A DNA stretch of 54,458 nt from an uncultured Candidatus Saccharibacteria bacterium (GCA_964490365.1 CAZBAG010000001.1:1-54458); one strand, 5' to 3'. Counted from the first letter of the stretch, positions 10,505 to 19,647 are shown. The notes: generated by a model not told the origin, from the sequence alone. A program made the numbers and translations.

Positions 10505-10933
10505 TTATTCACTTTTTGTTTCGTCTTTTGGTCTCATGTTGTCTGGTTCAATTTGTTGCTTTAGTTTTTTGATTTCTTTCTTATACGCTTTGATTGTCGT
10601 AAGTAGAATAGACTGCGTCTTCACTTCTTTGTTCAAGTTGTTCTCATGTTTATGCTTAAAGTATTCTTCAATTCGGTGAACTATCTTTTTATAAACCAAA
10701 GAGATATGGTGAGCGATACGAGCCCAAAGTCGGGAAGCCATAATGGCAAATGAATGAGCAATATAGCTAAGAATAATTTTTATTTTTTCCCAGAGAGTAT
10801 AAATATGTTTTCCCATAGGGTGAGTGATCTCACCGTGTTCGAGACCTAACTCTCGAACACGTGAAATACCCAGGTAGATCATACCAACAATACCAACGAG
10901 AGATATTCCAAATATGATAAGCAGAATGTGCAT
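10505..10933 (-). CDS. hypothetical membrane protein (N-terminal TM, Lys/His-rich helical C-terminus)
   Basis: 142-aa ORF whose start lies 1 nt after the tsf stop (operon position rpsB-tsf-orf). Hydrophobic N-terminus ILLIIFGISLVGIVGMIYLGI. No recognised family. Confidence 0.55.
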   Translation of the reverse strand: MHILLIIFGISLVGIVGMIYLGISRVRELGLEHGEITHPMGKHIYTLWEKIKIILSYIAHSFAIMASRLWARIAHHISLVYKKIVHRIEEYFKHKHENNLNKEVKTQSILLTTIKAYKKEIKKLKQQIEPDNMRPKDETKSE

Positions 10934-10934
10934 G

Positions 10935-11705
10935 TTATATCTTTTCTACAACAAATGACTCGAGCGTATTATTACTTTCTTTCAAAAGTTGCTCAATAGT
11001 TTTACTTGGATCTTTAATGAATGATTGCTTCATCAGCACTTGGTCTTTAAAGTATGCATTAATCTTTCCGTTCAAGATTTGAGCCTTCATTTCTTCAGGT
11101 TTGTCTTTTGCTTGTTCTGAAACTTCTTTTTCAAAGATTTCTTTTGCGTTGTTTCGGGCTGTTTCGTCAATGTCAGATTCATGAGTAAAGATTGGTCGCA
11201 TTGCAGTAATATGCATTGCAATATCTCGAGCAAGGTCAGCGTTTGCTTCCTTAAGAGCAACAATAGCTCCTACTTGTCCATTGTGAACATATGAACCAAG
11301 ATTTCCTTTCATAACTTTCACTTCACCAATCTTAATATTTTCACCCATTTTTTGAATGAGTTCATTTACCATAGAAAGACCTGATTCCTTTACCGATTCA
11401 CCTTCCGCTAGGGCCATCTCAGCAAGTTTCTTTGCTCCGTTCACAAATTCTTCGTTTTTTGCTACGAAGTCTGTTTCAGAAAGGAGGGTAACAAGTACTG
11501 AACTATTGTTGTTTGAGGCAATAGCAAGAAATCCTGCACCTAATTCTCGATCAGCTTTTTTCTCAGCCGCTGCACCACTTTTTTTCTTGAGCACAATTCG
11601 AGCTTTTTCAATATCTCCACCCACTTCTTCAAGCGCCTTCTTGCATTGCATAATAGAAACGCCAGTTTCATCTCGAAGTTGTTTAATAAGTTCAGTTGTA
11701 ATCAT
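10935..11705 (-). CDS. tsf: translation elongation factor Ts
   Basis: 256 aa. N-terminal UBA-like motif (LIKQLRDETGVSIMQCKKALEEVGGDIEKA). Sits downstream of rpsB as in most bacteria. Confidence 0.93.
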   Translation of the reverse strand: MITTELIKQLRDETGVSIMQCKKALEEVGGDIEKARIVLKKKSGAAAEKKADRELGAGFLAIASNNNSSVLVTLLSETDFVAKNEEFVNGAKKLAEMALAEGESVKESGLSMVNELIQKMGENIKIGEVKVMKGNLGSYVHNGQVGAIVALKEANADLARDIAMHITAMRPIFTHESDIDETARNNAKEIFEKEVSEQAKDKPEEMKAQILNGKINAYFKDQVLMKQSFIKDPSKTIEQLLKESNNTLESFVVEKI

Positions 11706-11738
11706 ATATATAATGTACTAACTATTAATATAAAACGC

Positions 11739-11771
11739 GAGAACCGCTCGTACGAGTACGAGCGGTTTCTC
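11739..11771 (-). terminator. strong hairpin between rpsB and tsf (attenuator or partial terminator)
   Basis: Minus strand reads GAGAAACCGCTCGTAC-TC-GTACGAGCGGTTCTC followed by GCGTTTTATATT. Lies between the rpsB stop (11773) and the tsf start (11705). Confidence 0.6.
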
Positions 11772-11772
11772 T

Positions 11773-12450
11773 TTATGCATTACTGCTAAACGCAGATACA
11801 ATACTGTTTGTTAAAATCTTTAGACTTGAAATTGCAGAATCGTTTGCAACGACTGGATAGGTAATATCAGAAATATCACAGTCAGTGCTTGAAATTGAAA
11901 TTACTGGAATTTTAAGTGCTTGTGCTTCTTTTACCGCGTTGATTTCTTTTTTAGTGTCAATAACAAAGAGAGCATCTGGTTTTCTGTCCATACCAACAAG
12001 TCCACCAAAGTAGCCTTCCATTTTGTTGATCTGTCGTGAAAAGTCAGATTGTTCTTTCTTTGTATATTTTTCAAGTAACCCTTTTGCTCGTTTATCTTTT
12101 AAATCTACGAGAATATCAACTCGTCGTTTAATTTCAGAAAAGTTTGTAAGAGTTCCTCCGATCCATCGATTCGTAACGTATGGCATTCGAAGTGTATCAG
12201 CTGCGTTTTTTGTAACTTCTTGTGCTTCAGCCTTTGTTCCCACAAAAAGAATTTTCTTTCCATCTTTTCCAAGTGAAGCAATGAATTCTTCTGCTTTCTT
12301 TAAAAGGTCAGCTGTTTTTTCTAGATCAATAATATCTACCTTATTTTTTGTATCAAAAATAAAAGGTTTTGCGCTTGGGTGTCTTCGTGTTTTTGTGTAT
12401 CCGAAGTGTACACCTGCATCAATCATTTCTTGTAAATTTGCTTTTGACAT
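11773..12450 (-). CDS. rpsB: 30S ribosomal protein S2
   Basis: Start chosen at ATG 12450 (MSKANLQEMIDAGVHFGY...). Conserved S2 motifs HFGY, WIGGTLTNF, VIDT. Confidence 0.93.
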   Translation of the reverse strand: MSKANLQEMIDAGVHFGYTKTRRHPSAKPFIFDTKNKVDIIDLEKTADLLKKAEEFIASLGKDGKKILFVGTKAEAQEVTKNAADTLRMPYVTNRWIGGTLTNFSEIKRRVDILVDLKDKRAKGLLEKYTKKEQSDFSRQINKMEGYFGGLVGMDRKPDALFVIDTKKEINAVKEAQALKIPVISISSTDCDISDITYPVVANDSAISSLKILTNSIVSAFSSNA

Positions 12451-12621
12451 AATCTGTGCTCTGTAATTATAGAGCTCGTGTATCTGCACAAAAATTCTTG
12501 TTAAATAATGTGAATTCTCGTTTTACCACTCTTTCGACAAGAGGGCACCAAAGCCGTTTTGAGGCGGAAAAGGTTGTTAACAGACAATCAGTACTTTACT
12601 ACAAAACAAGCTTTTTTTCAA
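12451..12621 (-). promoter_or_regulatory. rpsB promoter (TTGAAA-17-TAAAGT, 12593-12621) plus an untranslated leader of about 136 nt
   Basis: The promoter hexamers were read on the minus strand. The leader holds several short hairpins, including GCTCT-ATAATTAC-AGAGC next to the start codon. Confidence 0.45.
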
Positions 12622-12634
12622 GGGTCAGTGCTTT

Positions 12635-12663
12635 TTGCTAAAAAGTTGGTTTTCCAGTATTAT
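12635..12663 (+). promoter_or_regulatory. proS promoter
   Basis: TTGCTA-17 nt-TATTAT. The -10 ends 8 nt before the proS ATG at 12672. Confidence 0.55.
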
Positions 12664-12671
12664 GGGGCGTA

Positions 12672-13928
12672 ATGAAACAGTCACAACTATTTACAAAAAC
12701 AAGAAAAGAAGCTCCAGCAGATGAGGTGTCAAAGAATGCAGAGCTTCTTATTCGAGGAGGATTTATTAATAAAGAAATGGCGGGGGTGTATTCATATTTA
12801 CCACTTGGTCTTCGAGTGATGAATAAGATTTCAAACATTATTCGTGAAGAGATGGATGCTATTGGTGGTCAGGAAGTAAAGATGACCGTATTGCAAGATG
12901 CTGATGTGTGGCAAAAGTCAGGGCGCTGGTCTGACGAGGTTGTTGATAATTGGTTCAAGACAAAATTAAAAAACGACACTGAGATTGGTCTTGGGTTTAC
13001 TCATGAAGAACCACTCACCGCGCTTCTTAAAAATCATGTTCAGTCATACAAAGATCTTCCCGTGTATCCGTATCAAATTCAAGCAAAGTTTCGAAATGAA
13101 ACACGAGCAAAGTCTGGTGTAATGCGTGGACGTGAATTTCTTATGAAAGACATGTACTCATTTTCTCGCAACGAAGCAGAGCACATGGCGTTCTATGAAA
13201 AAGTACAACATGCGTATAAAAAGATTTACAACAGACTTGGGGTCGGTCACTTAACCTACATGACCTTTGCATCGGGTGGAACTTTTTCAAAATATTCTCA
13301 CGAGTTTCAAACAATCACCGGTGCAGGTGAAGATCTTATTTATGTCGACGAAGAAACTGGTATTGCCGTGAACCAAGAAGTGTTAAACGAAGAGGTTCTA
13401 ACAAGCCTTGGTTTATCTCGAGAGAAGCTTGTTGAGCAAAAAGCAGTGGAGGTGGGTAATATTTTTACTCTTGGTGATAAATATTCAGAACCAATCAACC
13501 TGACATTTAAAGACGAAGAAGGTAAGGAGCAAAAAGTGTTTATGGGTTCATATGGACTTGGTCCATCGAGACTTATGGGAACTATTGTTGAAGTGCTTTC
13601 TGACGACAAGGGGATTATTTGGCCAAAAGAAGTTGCCCCATTTCATGTGCACGTTGTTTCTCTTGGAGAGCATGACAAAGCAAATGAGCTCTATGAAAAA
13701 CTCAAAGCAGAAAACATAGAAGTGCTTTTTGATGATCGAGACATGACCGCTGGAGAAAAATTTGCTGACAGTGATTTACTCGGTATTCCTGTTCGAGTTG
13801 TTATCAGCAAGAGAAGTATTGAAGAAGGAGGATATGAAATAAAAAGACGAACAGAGGAAAAGGGTAGAATGCTTGGAATGGAAGAGCTTGTTAAAGAACT
13901 GAAAGATTATGTTTTCCAAACTGTATAA
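12672..13928 (+). CDS. proS: prolyl-tRNA synthetase, short bacterial-type form without the large INS editing domain
   Basis: 418 aa. N-terminus MKQSQLFTKTRKE...LLIRGGFI, class II motif 2 (FRNETRAKSGVMRGREFLMKDMYSF), motif 3 region (GSYGLGPSRLMG), C-terminal anticodon-binding domain. Confidence 0.9.
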   Translation: MKQSQLFTKTRKEAPADEVSKNAELLIRGGFINKEMAGVYSYLPLGLRVMNKISNIIREEMDAIGGQEVKMTVLQDADVWQKSGRWSDEVVDNWFKTKLKNDTEIGLGFTHEEPLTALLKNHVQSYKDLPVYPYQIQAKFRNETRAKSGVMRGREFLMKDMYSFSRNEAEHMAFYEKVQHAYKKIYNRLGVGHLTYMTFASGGTFSKYSHEFQTITGAGEDLIYVDEETGIAVNQEVLNEEVLTSLGLSREKLVEQKAVEVGNIFTLGDKYSEPINLTFKDEEGKEQKVFMGSYGLGPSRLMGTIVEVLSDDKGIIWPKEVAPFHVHVVSLGEHDKANELYEKLKAENIEVLFDDRDMTAGEKFADSDLLGIPVRVVISKRSIEEGGYEIKRRTEEKGRMLGMEELVKELKDYVFQTV

Positions 13929-14958
13929 ATTATTTTCTAATGATATTGGTATTGATTTAGGAACAGCCAACACACTTGTATACCTGAAAGGAAAGGGTAT
14001 TGTTTTGTCTGAGCCATCAGTGGTTGCCGTTAATAAAAAAACCGCTCAAATTGTTGCTATTGGCGCCGAAGCAAAACAAATGCTCGGACGTACACCGCCG
14101 CACATTGAAGCTGTGCGCCCTCTTGTCGATGGTGTTGTTTCTGATTTTGAAGTCACCGAAGAAATGCTTGCATATCTTCTTGGTAAGGTTGAGAAAATGT
14201 CACCAAAGTTTTTTCGTCCACGTGTGGTGATCGGTGTCCCATCAGGGATTACCTCTGTTGAAGTTCGTGCTGTGTATGACGCTGCAAAAAATGCGGGTGC
14301 GCGCGAGGTCTATGTTGTTGAAGAGCCAACCGCAGCAGCGGTTGGTATTAGGCTCCCCATTCATGATCCAGTGGGTTCGATGATTGTTGATATTGGTGGG
14401 GGAACAACCGACATCGCGATTATTTCTCTTGGCGGTATTGTGCAGTCAAAAAATCTTATTGTTGCTGGTGACAAATTGAACGTCGACATCATGACCTATT
14501 TCCGAAACGAGTTTAAACTTTTAATTGGTGAGAAAACGGGAGAAAATATTAAAATTGCGATTGGCTCAGTGTTACCCCTCGAAGAACCGGTAGAGATAGA
14601 AGTTCGCGGGCGCGACTTGGTAACTGGTCTTCCACGACAAGTTATTGTTACTGATAGTGATATTCGTGAAGCTATTTCGAGTTCAATCAATACACTTGTT
14701 GAAGGTATCCGAGAAGTTCTTGAATCAACACCACCAGAAATATTGTCTGATGTGATGCATCGGGGAATTGTACTTACGGGTGGCGGATCTCTTATTAAGG
14801 GCTTACCAGAACTTATTCAGAAAAATATTAAAATGCCGGTTCATATTTCAGAAGATCCTCTGACGGCTGTTGCTCGGGGTACTGGTGTTATCTTGGAAAA
14901 TCTTGAAAAGTATAAGGAGGTATTAATCGATACACAATATGACTTACCGCCAAGATAA
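13909..14958 (+). CDS. mreB: rod-shape determining actin homologue MreB
   Basis: 349 aa. IGIDLGTANT, EPTAAAVG and DIGGGTTD actin-fold motifs. Overlaps the proS end by 20 nt. Confidence 0.95.
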   Translation: MFSKLYKLFSNDIGIDLGTANTLVYLKGKGIVLSEPSVVAVNKKTAQIVAIGAEAKQMLGRTPPHIEAVRPLVDGVVSDFEVTEEMLAYLLGKVEKMSPKFFRPRVVIGVPSGITSVEVRAVYDAAKNAGAREVYVVEEPTAAAVGIRLPIHDPVGSMIVDIGGGTTDIAIISLGGIVQSKNLIVAGDKLNVDIMTYFRNEFKLLIGEKTGENIKIAIGSVLPLEEPVEIEVRGRDLVTGLPRQVIVTDSDIREAISSSINTLVEGIREVLESTPPEILSDVMHRGIVLTGGGSLIKGLPELIQKNIKMPVHISEDPLTAVARGTGVILENLEKYKEVLIDTQYDLPPR

Positions 14959-15727
14959 GCGATATAAAAAAACATACTATACCGTTGTAGTGGTTATTTT
15001 GCTTGTTATTCTTTTTTTTATGTTTCGTGCCGGGAAACTCACTGGTCTTGCAAATATGTTTGCTCGCGCTGTTACCCCTATTTGGAAAACAGAACTTGCA
15101 TTTACCGATGTTTTTTTGAAAGAAGTATTTACCTCAAAAAAGGATTTGATTGGTCAGAATGAAATGCTCAAAAATAAATTACAAGAGAGTCAGATTGAGT
15201 TGATGCAGGCATCACTTCTTGAAAAAGAAAATGAAGCATTGAAAGAGATTTTCTTACGAAGCACCGGCGAAAATAATGTCGTTGCAACCATACTTTCGAA
15301 ACCAAACCATTCTCCGTATGGAACACTTGTTATTGATATTGGCTCTAAAGACGGCGTGAAAGCTGAAGACTTGGTGTTTGCGCTTGGTAATGTGGTGATC
15401 GGTGAAATTGAAAGTGTTGACACGTATTCTTCAAAAGTTATCCTTTATTCTTCTCCTGGTTATATTTCTCAGGTAACGCTTGGTACCACCGGAAGATATT
15501 TTAATGCAAAAGGTCGTGGGGCTGGGGATTTTGAAATTGCATTTCCTCGAGAATTGCCAGTCGAAGTTGGAGAAATATTTCTCTATCCAAGTATTAACAA
15601 CTACATTGTAGGAATTGTCGAAAATGTATTGTTTGATCCACGAGATTCGTATAAAAAAGTGTTGTTTAGAAGTGCTGCAAATATTCAAGAATTAAAGTGG
15701 GTGACGGTGCGAAAAAGTCTAGAATAA
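14939..15727 (+). CDS. mreC: rod-shape determining protein MreC
   Basis: 262 aa. N-terminal TM helix, coiled coil (LKNKLQESQIELMQASLLEKENEALKE), beta-barrel domain. Sits immediately after mreB. Confidence 0.85.
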   Translation: MTYRQDKRYKKTYYTVVVVILLVILFFMFRAGKLTGLANMFARAVTPIWKTELAFTDVFLKEVFTSKKDLIGQNEMLKNKLQESQIELMQASLLEKENEALKEIFLRSTGENNVVATILSKPNHSPYGTLVIDIGSKDGVKAEDLVFALGNVVIGEIESVDTYSSKVILYSSPGYISQVTLGTTGRYFNAKGRGAGDFEIAFPRELPVEVGEIFLYPSINNYIVGIVENVLFDPRDSYKKVLFRSAANIQELKWVTVRKSLE

Positions 15728-15731
15728 TTTT

Positions 15732-16952
15732 ATGGAAAATTTTAGTTTTAAAATTGAAAAGAAGCTCGAAGGGAAACTTGGTCGAGCGGGAGTTATACAT
15801 ACCCCGCACGGAGACATAGAAACTCCATCGTTTGTTGTGGTTGGCACGAAAGCTACGGTGAAGGCCATGACACCTGAAATGCTCGAAAGTCTTGGTGCAC
15901 AAGTGGTGCTTGCTAACACGTATCACCTCTATCTTCAACCGGGTTCTGATCTTGTTGCAAAGGCTGGAGGGTTTGCAAAATTTATGAGTTGGAATGGTCC
16001 AACCATGACCGACTCGGGTGGATTCCAAGTTTTTTCTCTCGGAGCTGCTTTTGGAGAACATGTGAGTAAAGTTGCAAAAGCAGGAGACGAAAAGAAAAAA
16101 CCAGAAGATGGTGGAACGGGGAATACCAGTAAGCTTGCAAAAATTGACGAAGAAGGTGTTACGTTTAAATCTCACATCGATGGAAGTCAACACAGGTTTA
16201 CTCCAGAATCATCGATGCAGGTTCAGTGGGATCTCGGAGCAGATATGATTTTTGCTTTTGATGAATGTACGAGCCCTCAAGCAAGTCACGAATACCAAAA
16301 AGAAGCAATGGAAAGAACGCATCGTTGGGCACTCAGAAGTCTTCTTGCTCACGAAAAACTTGATCCAGAAAACAAACAGGCGTTGTTTGGTGTTGTGCAG
16401 GGTGGGCGACATGAAGATCTGCGAAAAGAATCTGCGCGAGTGTTAGGAGAAATGAAAACTGAACAGGGAAGTATGTTCGATGGTTTTGGTATTGGAGGAA
16501 GTTTTGATAAAGATGATATGGGTACTGCTGTGGCGTGGGTAAACGAAAGTCTGCCAGAAAATAAACCACGACATCTGTTGGGAATTGGTGATCCGCTCGA
16601 TATTTTAGAAGCAGTTCAAAATGGCTGTGACCTTTTCGACTGCGTTGCTCCAACACGTATTGCTCGTAATGGAACGTTGTATACAAAGCAGGGTGGTATC
16701 AATATTACCAATTCAAAATTTCGGACAGATTTTTCACCGATAGAAGAGGGGTGCTCCTGCTACACTTGTAAACACTACACAAAAGCGTATCTCGCACACC
16801 TTTTTCATGCAAAAGAAATTCTCGCGAATACACTTGCGTCAGTCCACAACGTCTACTTTATTGTGAATTTTGTGAAGCAGATTCGCGAAGCTATGTTAGA
16901 GGATAGATTTGATGAGTTTAAAGACGAATTTTTAAAAAAGTATTTAAAATAA
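15732..16952 (+). CDS. tgt: queuine tRNA-ribosyltransferase
   Basis: 406 aa. LANTYHLYLQPG, MTDSGGFQVFSL, GIGG...LLGIG and zinc site CSCYTC...H. Confidence 0.93.
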   Translation: MENFSFKIEKKLEGKLGRAGVIHTPHGDIETPSFVVVGTKATVKAMTPEMLESLGAQVVLANTYHLYLQPGSDLVAKAGGFAKFMSWNGPTMTDSGGFQVFSLGAAFGEHVSKVAKAGDEKKKPEDGGTGNTSKLAKIDEEGVTFKSHIDGSQHRFTPESSMQVQWDLGADMIFAFDECTSPQASHEYQKEAMERTHRWALRSLLAHEKLDPENKQALFGVVQGGRHEDLRKESARVLGEMKTEQGSMFDGFGIGGSFDKDDMGTAVAWVNESLPENKPRHLLGIGDPLDILEAVQNGCDLFDCVAPTRIARNGTLYTKQGGINITNSKFRTDFSPIEEGCSCYTCKHYTKAYLAHLFHAKEILANTLASVHNVYFIVNFVKQIREAMLEDRFDEFKDEFLKKYLK

Positions 16953-17020
16953 AAAAGAACCCCAATTAAGGGATTCTCTTCCTGAAGTTGTGTAACCTCA
17001 GGGTGTCTTGTTTTCCGATG

Positions 17021-17242
17021 TTATCTGAGACGCCTGTAGTAGGCTTTCTCACCTGCAGACATGGGACGGCCCATATCTATCTGGCCGATATCATTCCTCA
17101 TGTGTGCATAGGGATCAGAAGACCGTCCTAGTCCAGAACCCGATTCACTGCTTGATGTTCTTCCTGACAAGGAAGAGTCTGTTGCAGAGGAACATTTTTC
17201 GTTGTTCTTGTTGTTATCTGGGGATTTATTATCTTTGTTCAT
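17021..17242 (-). CDS. hypothetical small Ser/Gly/Asn-rich protein (73 aa)
   Basis: ORF with its own promoter. A hand-counted sample at 17041-17100 gives about 52% GC, above the neighbours. No recognised family; mostly low complexity, so coding status is uncertain. Confidence 0.4.
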   Translation of the reverse strand: MNKDNKSPDNNKNNEKCSSATDSSLSGRTSSSESGSGLGRSSDPYAHMRNDIGQIDMGRPMSAGEKAYYRRLR

Positions 17243-17258
17243 TTTTCACTTTTCAAAA

Positions 17259-17287
17259 ATAGTACTATTTTCATATTTTGTAGTCAA
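17259..17287 (-). promoter_or_regulatory. promoter for the 73-aa minus-strand ORF
   Basis: Minus strand reads TTGACT-17 nt-TACTAT. The -10 ends 16 nt upstream of the ATG at 17242. Confidence 0.55.
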
Positions 17288-17316
17288 GTTATAAAAAATT
17301 CGTATAATTGAATCAC

Positions 17317-19335
17317 ATGGGTAAATTTAAACTCCATAGTGAATACAAACCAGCAGGAGATCAGCCAGAAGCTATAAAAAAGCTTGTTGGTGGACTTAAC
17401 GACGGACTCAGAAAACAAACGCTTCTTGGAGTGACAGGGTCGGGGAAGACATTTACCGTTGCGAATGTTATTGAAAAAGTTCAAAAGCCAACACTGGTGC
17501 TTGCTCACAACAAAACCCTTGCCGCCCAGCTTGCGCAAGAGTTTAAAGAATTTTTCCCTGATAATGCAGTGCACTATTTTGTTTCATACTATGACTACTA
17601 TCAGCCAGAAGCGTATATTGCCGCGAGTGATACGTATATTGAAAAAGATGCAAAGATTAACGAAGAAATTGATCGTCTTCGTCACGCATCAACCCAATCA
17701 TTGTTAACACGGGACGATGTGATTATTGTTGCGTCGGTGTCTGCTATCTACGGCCTTGGTTCTCCCGAAGAATACAAGCAAAGCAACCTAATGTTACAAG
17801 TTGGTAGTGAAATAGGACGAAGCGAGTTGATGCGTCGTTTGATCAGTATTCACTATGAACGAACAAATGCTGATCTTATTTCTGGTCAATTTCGAGTTAT
17901 TGGGAACATGGTTGAGGTGATGCCTATTTCAGAAAATTATATGTATCGGTTAAATTTTTCTGGCAATAGTATTTCTGAAATATTTAAAATTGATCCAGTA
18001 TCTTCAAAAATCGAGGAAAAACCAGAACATATTTTTATCTTCCCAGCAAAACACTTTTTAACGAACGACGACAAAAAAGAAAAAGCTATTGCTTCAATCG
18101 AAGCTGAATTAAAAGATCAACTTAAAGTGTTAGAAGCTGGCGGTAAAATTCTTGAAGCAGAACGGCTTAAGCGAAGAACACGTTATGACCTTGCCCTGAT
18201 TAAAGAGGTTGGTTATTGTTCTGGTATTGAAAACTATTCACGGCACCTTTCTGGTAAATCTCCTGGAGAAGCTCCAGAAACACTTCTTTCATATTTCCCA
18301 CACGATAAAAATGGTAAACCGGAATTTCTCACGGTGATTGATGAATCCCACGTAACACTTCCGCAACTTTCTGCAATGTATGCCGGTGATGCATCTCGAA
18401 AGCAAAACTTGGTTGAGTTTGGTTTCCGATTACCATCTGCAAAAGACAACAGACCACTTCGCTATGAAGAGTTTGATACGCGTGTTCATCAAGTATTGTA
18501 TGTCTCAGCAACACCAAGCGACAGAGAAAAAGAAATGAGTGAACAAATTGTTGAGCAAATCGTTCGTCCGACCGGCCTCATTGACCCACAGCTTGAAGTA
18601 AGACCTGTTATTGAAGGTGCGAAGTATAAGGGCCAAGTCCATGACTTTATTGATGAAGCAATTACTGAAATTAAAAAAGGTGGCAGAGTGATTGCAACGA
18701 CGCTTACAAAGAAAATGGCTGAAGATTTGTCAGAGTATTTAAAGAATGAAGGTATTAAGGCAGAATATGTGCACTCTGATATTAAAACAATCGAACGAAT
18801 TAAAATACTCACCCAGTTTAGAAAAGGAGAGTTTGATATTTTAGTTGGAGTTAATCTTTTGCGGGAAGGGCTCGATTTACCTGAAGTATCACTTATCGGT
18901 ATTCTTGATGCTGACAAAGAAGGCTTTCTCCGTTCAGAAACCTCACTGATTCAAACGATTGGCCGTGCAGCTCGAAATGTGAATGGCCGGGTTATTTTAT
19001 ATGCAGACTCGATAACGGGTTCAATGAAAAAGGCTATCGATGAAACAAATAGACGTCGTGGTGTTCAAGAAGCGTACAATAAACAACACAACATTACTCC
19101 AAAAACAATTATCAAAAAAATAAAAGATATTACAGAGGCAATGGATTCTGCTCATGAAAAAGCAGTGAAGAAAGAGCTTGAGATTGATGAAAAGATTTTT
19201 GCAAAAAATCCAAAGAAGTTAATTAAGCTCAAAGAAAAGCAAATGAATGAAGCAGTGAAAGAGCTTGATTTTGAAATTGCTGCAATACTTCGAGATGAGA
19301 TAAAAGTGCTGAAAGAAAAAAATATAGAGTCATAG
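17317..19335 (+). CDS. uvrB: excinuclease ABC subunit B
   Basis: ATG at 17317 (MGKFKLHSEYKPAGDQPEAI). Walker A GVTGSGKT, helicase motifs, C-terminal UVR domain (ELDFEIAAILRDEI). TATAAT at 17303-17308. Confidence 0.96.
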   Translation: MGKFKLHSEYKPAGDQPEAIKKLVGGLNDGLRKQTLLGVTGSGKTFTVANVIEKVQKPTLVLAHNKTLAAQLAQEFKEFFPDNAVHYFVSYYDYYQPEAYIAASDTYIEKDAKINEEIDRLRHASTQSLLTRDDVIIVASVSAIYGLGSPEEYKQSNLMLQVGSEIGRSELMRRLISIHYERTNADLISGQFRVIGNMVEVMPISENYMYRLNFSGNSISEIFKIDPVSSKIEEKPEHIFIFPAKHFLTNDDKKEKAIASIEAELKDQLKVLEAGGKILEAERLKRRTRYDLALIKEVGYCSGIENYSRHLSGKSPGEAPETLLSYFPHDKNGKPEFLTVIDESHVTLPQLSAMYAGDASRKQNLVEFGFRLPSAKDNRPLRYEEFDTRVHQVLYVSATPSDREKEMSEQIVEQIVRPTGLIDPQLEVRPVIEGAKYKGQVHDFIDEAITEIKKGGRVIATTLTKKMAEDLSEYLKNEGIKAEYVHSDIKTIERIKILTQFRKGEFDILVGVNLLREGLDLPEVSLIGILDADKEGFLRSETSLIQTIGRAARNVNGRVILYADSITGSMKKAIDETNRRRGVQEAYNKQHNITPKTIIKKIKDITEAMDSAHEKAVKKELEIDEKIFAKNPKKLIKLKEKQMNEAVKELDFEIAAILRDEIKVLKEKNIES

Positions 19336-19345
19336 TGCAAAAAGA

Positions 19346-19377
19346 AAAGGCCATCGCTCCCGCGATGGCCTTTTTTG
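19346..19377. terminator. bidirectional intrinsic terminator (uvrB on +, small ORFs on -)
   Basis: GGCCATCGC-TCC-GCGATGGCC stem-loop with a T-run on the + strand (TTTTTTG) and on the minus strand (TTTTCTTTTT). A second perfect hairpin, GTTGTGCC-TT-GGCACAAC, follows at about 19376-19395. Confidence 0.85.
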
Positions 19378-19449
19378 TTGTGCCTTGGCACAACAACATC
19401 TGCACGCATCCTCCAATGAGGCTTACACAAAGGTTTTGCTCACGCCGCC

Positions 19450-19647
19450 TTAGCGTGACCGACTTAAGAACTTGAGCTTGAAGCCCAAAGCTCTATCCCA
19501 GGTTTTACTCCAGAACCCATCAGGGTTCTCGCTCTTCTTCTTGTATCCCCATGTGGCTATTCCCATTACCACGATGAAGCTGCAGGTGAGAACCATATCA
19601 AGCTTCATTTCGTACACGGAATTTTGGGTTATTGCCAATGGCTGCAA
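19450..19647 (-). CDS. hypothetical small membrane protein (65 aa), distal ORF of an overlapping pair
   Basis: TM segment MVLTCSFIVVMGIATWGY followed by a basic tail. Overlaps the upstream ORF by 50 nt in another frame. Confidence 0.4.
   Translation of the reverse strand: MQPLAITQNSVYEMKLDMVLTCSFIVVMGIATWGYKKKSENPDGFWSKTWDRALGFKLKFLSRSR

Noticed and set aside
12023-12641. Plus-strand ORFs 12023-12466 and 12456-12641.
   Set aside because: The first is antisense to rpsB. The second lies in the rpsB leader/promoter region, has no start context and has low-complexity translation.
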